Below are positions 62,501-64,000 of a stretch of 64,000 bases of DNA, piece after piece. The notes beneath the pieces were generated by a model. That model was not told the origin of the DNA, did not search any database, and saw nothing but the letters and a program-made list of their open reading frames with translations. Where the stretch lies: NCBI GenBank assembly GCA_028287785.1, contig JAQBOZ010000017.1, positions 72,225 to 136,224 on the forward strand. Reading direction: 5' to 3'. The translations under genes were made by a program, and so were the position numbers. Every line of letters begins with the position of its first letter. The stretch's first letter is position 1. Origin of the DNA: Chlorobiota bacterium (lineage in GTDB: Bacteria; Bacteroidota; Ignavibacteria; OLB7).

Positions 62501-63415
62501 GTCGATTTCGGAGCGGTGGCCACCGGCATATCGCGCACCGATTCGTTTACCGTGCGGAACACCGGCAACGCTCCTCTGACCGGCGTGACGTTGACGTTGA
62601 CTGGGCCTGACGCCGCGGCGTTCGAGATCATCTCGCCGACCCCCCTTGCCGTTTCCCCCGGAGGGGCGCAGACCGTCCTGGTTCGGCTGAAGCCGCAGGC
62701 ATCGGAGCGCGCGCTGTCGGCGGGCGTTGTGGTGCAGCCCGCCGGTGGATCATCGGCCGAGGTAACGCTGTCGGCAACGATTGGTAGCGGCATTGCCGCC
62801 ACGGTTGCCGCCGTCGATTTCGGAAGTAGGCTCCCCGGCGGGGCTTACGATACCACGGTGGTCATCAGGAACATCACATCCGGCAGCATCACCATCTCCT
62901 CCATCGCCGCCAGTGCCGGCAAGGATGGCGCTTCCGGCGATTATTTCCGCTCGATGAGCCCCGCGCCGGTGATGATCCCGCCGAACGATTCGATCGCGAT
63001 TGTCGTGCGGTTTTCGCCGGCCGCCGGAACGGGTCGGTACACCGGATCGCTGGCGATCGCCGTCAACGGCTCCGCGCCGCTGGTGATCTCACTCGTCGGC
63101 CGGGCTTCGGCAGTCGGCGGCGTGGCCGATGGGATCGTGGCCGGGGAGGGGATGCCTGCACTACTGCCGGTTGCGCCGAACCCCGCGGCCGGGGTCATAG
63201 AGATCGGGTATCGCGCCGGTGGAGGGATGATGCCGGTGGAGATCGTCATTACCGATGCAATCGGCAGGGAGGTTGCGGTTGTCTATCAGGGAACCGCAAC
63301 GCGCACTGACGAGCGCGTTCGATTCAACACCTCACCGCTGCCGTCCGGGAGATATTACGTGCTTCTCCGATCGGCGCGCGGCAGCGTTACGCAACCGCTG
63401 GTGATCGTGAAATAG
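59561..63415 (+). CDS. T9SS-secreted matrixin-like (M10 metzincin) metalloprotease with multiple Ig-like ASH / choice-of-anchor-D type repeats
   Basis: Signal peptide. Catalytic domain with HEIGHFLGLGHS (HExxHxxGxxH), a Met-turn ATMYP, and matrixin-like AFQQWDNV and DDQAAISILYP. At least seven ~100-aa repeats begin with V/LDFG...V.N.G...L.I. C-terminal T9SS CTD. Confidence 0.75.
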   Translation: MRTITMILAAAIIALTALPTHAGGPLTANGTTARRYPAGSIPISFKTDQGALGSFSNGTATGIAVYAFQQWDNVVTAALSFNNAGQLPRDVTTAADAFISGAGQFSDGVNPVVFDNDGSITDAKLGVGARNSVLGFASSAYAGNNYVEGYAIINGFLSGAGGVAEQDEYKATITHEIGHFLGLGHSQVSMHADYATMYPVIEKTAQKTLSPDDQAAISILYPAAGYTATVGGITGTVRRLPNTSLSGVNVIAEDSATGAAYSTVVDYFSGGKSGFDNAPAATGTYTFTGLPPGRYFVRIEPVTATFTGGSSVASYDTPANMNIDREWYNGTAENGDMLLDNVNEKTGVVVAAGATTSNISFLENESITISSLVYHDGTPYYLFDLPQAGISRYAVRFTAPGTGSLVGVKFKLGAGSVLPLNGTLTVTVHANAPGSVAGVPGTALGSVTIPYSDIAADQNVEVYLRGIGLPINFPAGTNFHVSLSTNGVGTLELFTDNGSTTQNRTSYYNGTVWRNFPEGGYQAGYNLVMSAVYSSSIAGTPQPALSATPTSLQFGRVRPGNSITRTVTVTNTGTGLLTVNTTPILGRDSLDYSVTAGKGPFTVDPGLSHDISVRFTPRDAGGVEDGTKSAMMAIVSNAATSPDNVPLSGRAVAPLVMKVTSAVDFGSRRVGGTYIIDTVLFRNAGNDTLHVTGVTALGPDDGSGLRLLNGSGATIVPPDSSFRARIQFTPTERRIYTLNLRIVHDDPKNTPTDITIAGRGVAAIISTAGTFSVGRARVGTTIDAPPLFVRNSGDIPVRITSLTISGANATEFIVLSPVPPVTLAPGDSLPIRFRFHPMAIGIRVATLQVGADSLAPISIQLNGEGIQGALSFRSAAVDFGDVPLASNGERDIAVVNSGTDTATISSADVTGSGFSLVTQSLAGRKLLPGDSVIVRVRFAPTVAGTSSGSLRIASNGSDPLIVASLSGRGTAAGLTLNRTRVDFGAVATGISRTDSFTVRNTGNAPLTGVTLTLTGPDAAAFEIISPTPLAVSPGGAQTVLVRLKPQASERALSAGVVVQPAGGSSAEVTLSATIGSGIAATVAAVDFGSRLPGGAYDTTVVIRNITSGSITISSIAASAGKDGASGDYFRSMSPAPVMIPPNDSIAIVVRFSPAAGTGRYTGSLAIAVNGSAPLVISLVGRASAVGGVADGIVAGEGMPALLPVAPNPAAGVIEIGYRAGGGMMPVEIVITDAIGREVAVVYQGTATRTDERVRFNTSPLPSGRYYVLLRSARGSVTQPLVIVK

Positions 63416-63482
63416 GGATGGGCGCGCTCATCGGCGGTCATGGTCGCCAATGACATGCTCCACGCAGGGATCAGGCTACGGG

Positions 63483-63516
63483 CCGGGGGGATCATCTCCT
63501 CCCGGCTTTTTTATTT
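63483..63516 (+). terminator. Rho-independent terminator after the metalloprotease gene
   Basis: ccgggggga (loop tcatc) tcctcccgg followed by cttttttattt. Confidence 0.75.
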
Positions 63517-63646
63517 CGGCTCGCGCCATTTGGGGCTGGCTCGTATCTTCGCGACCGGGATCAGGCCGTGCGGCGTACCCTTCCTCCGGCCATGTCCCCG
63601 AACGCTCCAACCAACCTGTCAACCCGTTCCCGAGGAGAAGCCCATC

Positions 63647-64000
63647 ATGCGAACCCGTACCATTCTCTGCGCGTTTGTGCTCACCATCGCGGTAATTCAT
63701 GTATCGCGGGCACAGGAGGACAACAAGGCGATCGTGGCCGATCTGGTGAAGAAGAGCTTTGCCGCCACCGATGGCGGCGATCTGGATGAGGGAATGCGCC
63801 TGATGGAACAGGCATTGAAATACGATCCGGAAAATTCGGATCTGAAATATGAGATCGCCTATATCCAGTACTCGCGCAAGGAGTACGAGAAGGCGAGGGT
63901 GATCCTGGAGGAGATCTTCGCGCAGCGTCCCAAGGGATCGCCCGAGTGGTTTCAGCTTCTCGGCAACGCCTACGATATGCTGGGAAATCCGAAGAAGGCA
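63647..64000 (+). CDS. TPR repeat protein, N-terminal part; the 3' end lies outside the window
   Basis: ATG 63647 preceded by gaggagaag. Signal peptide MRTRTILCAFVLTIAVIHVSRAQ, then TPR-like helices (ALKYDPENSDLKYEIAYIQY...). The frame is open to the window edge. Confidence 0.55.
   Translation, partial: MRTRTILCAFVLTIAVIHVSRAQEDNKAIVADLVKKSFAATDGGDLDEGMRLMEQALKYDPENSDLKYEIAYIQYSRKEYEKARVILEEIFAQRPKGSPEWFQLLGNAYDMLGNPKKA

Overview
This 64 kb window is a high-GC (about 60-65% by eye) bacterial chromosomal segment with dense coding and many 1-4 nt start/stop overlaps (ATGA, GTGA, TAATG). Lineage markers are several proteins ending in a type IX secretion (T9SS) C-terminal sorting domain, a DUF2723 (TMEM260-like) membrane protein, a TonB-dependent receptor, clpC, and visible Shine-Dalgarno sequences. 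Together these point to a high-GC member of the FCB superphylum (Rhodothermota-, Chlorobi- or Ignavibacteria-like), but not a classical Bacteroidia. Most of the window is syntenic housekeeping DNA:
- an M16 peptidase pair, a VWA protein and clpC;
- acyl-CoA dehydrogenase and an OstA/LptA-like protein;
- dus, a YceI protein and queE;
- pheS-rplT-rpmI-infC, ispE and an L,D-transpeptidase;
- mrp/apbC and a NifU-like protein, then lepA-lepB-lepB-hemW;
- ruvX, a polysaccharide flippase and a bi-domain oxidoreductase;
- rplS-trmD-rimM-rpsP-ffh, and rsgA.
Three accessory regions stand out:
(1) A clear cobalamin (B12) riboswitch at about 45977-46175 leads a tightly overlapping four-gene operon: a T9SS-anchored YncE-like beta-propeller, an unknown T9SS cargo protein, a BtuB-like TonB-dependent receptor and a YncE-like beta-propeller lipoprotein.
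(2) A DUF2723 GT-C-fold membrane protein with a TPR tail sits next to a Dpm1-like polyprenyl-phosphate sugar synthase, which suggests a protein O-glycosylation module.
(3) A CusRS-like two-component system carries direct-repeat operator-like sequences in its promoter region. It is divergently paired with a secreted protein and a 1284-aa T9SS-secreted matrixin-like metalloprotease with many Ig-like (ASH / choice-of-anchor-D type) repeats.
No rRNA, tRNA, CRISPR array, transposase or integrase was recognised. Two unusually long, AT-richer non-coding stretches (18158-18675 and 53258-54049) remain unexplained. All coordinates and calls come from reading the sequence and the ORF track; no database searches were run.
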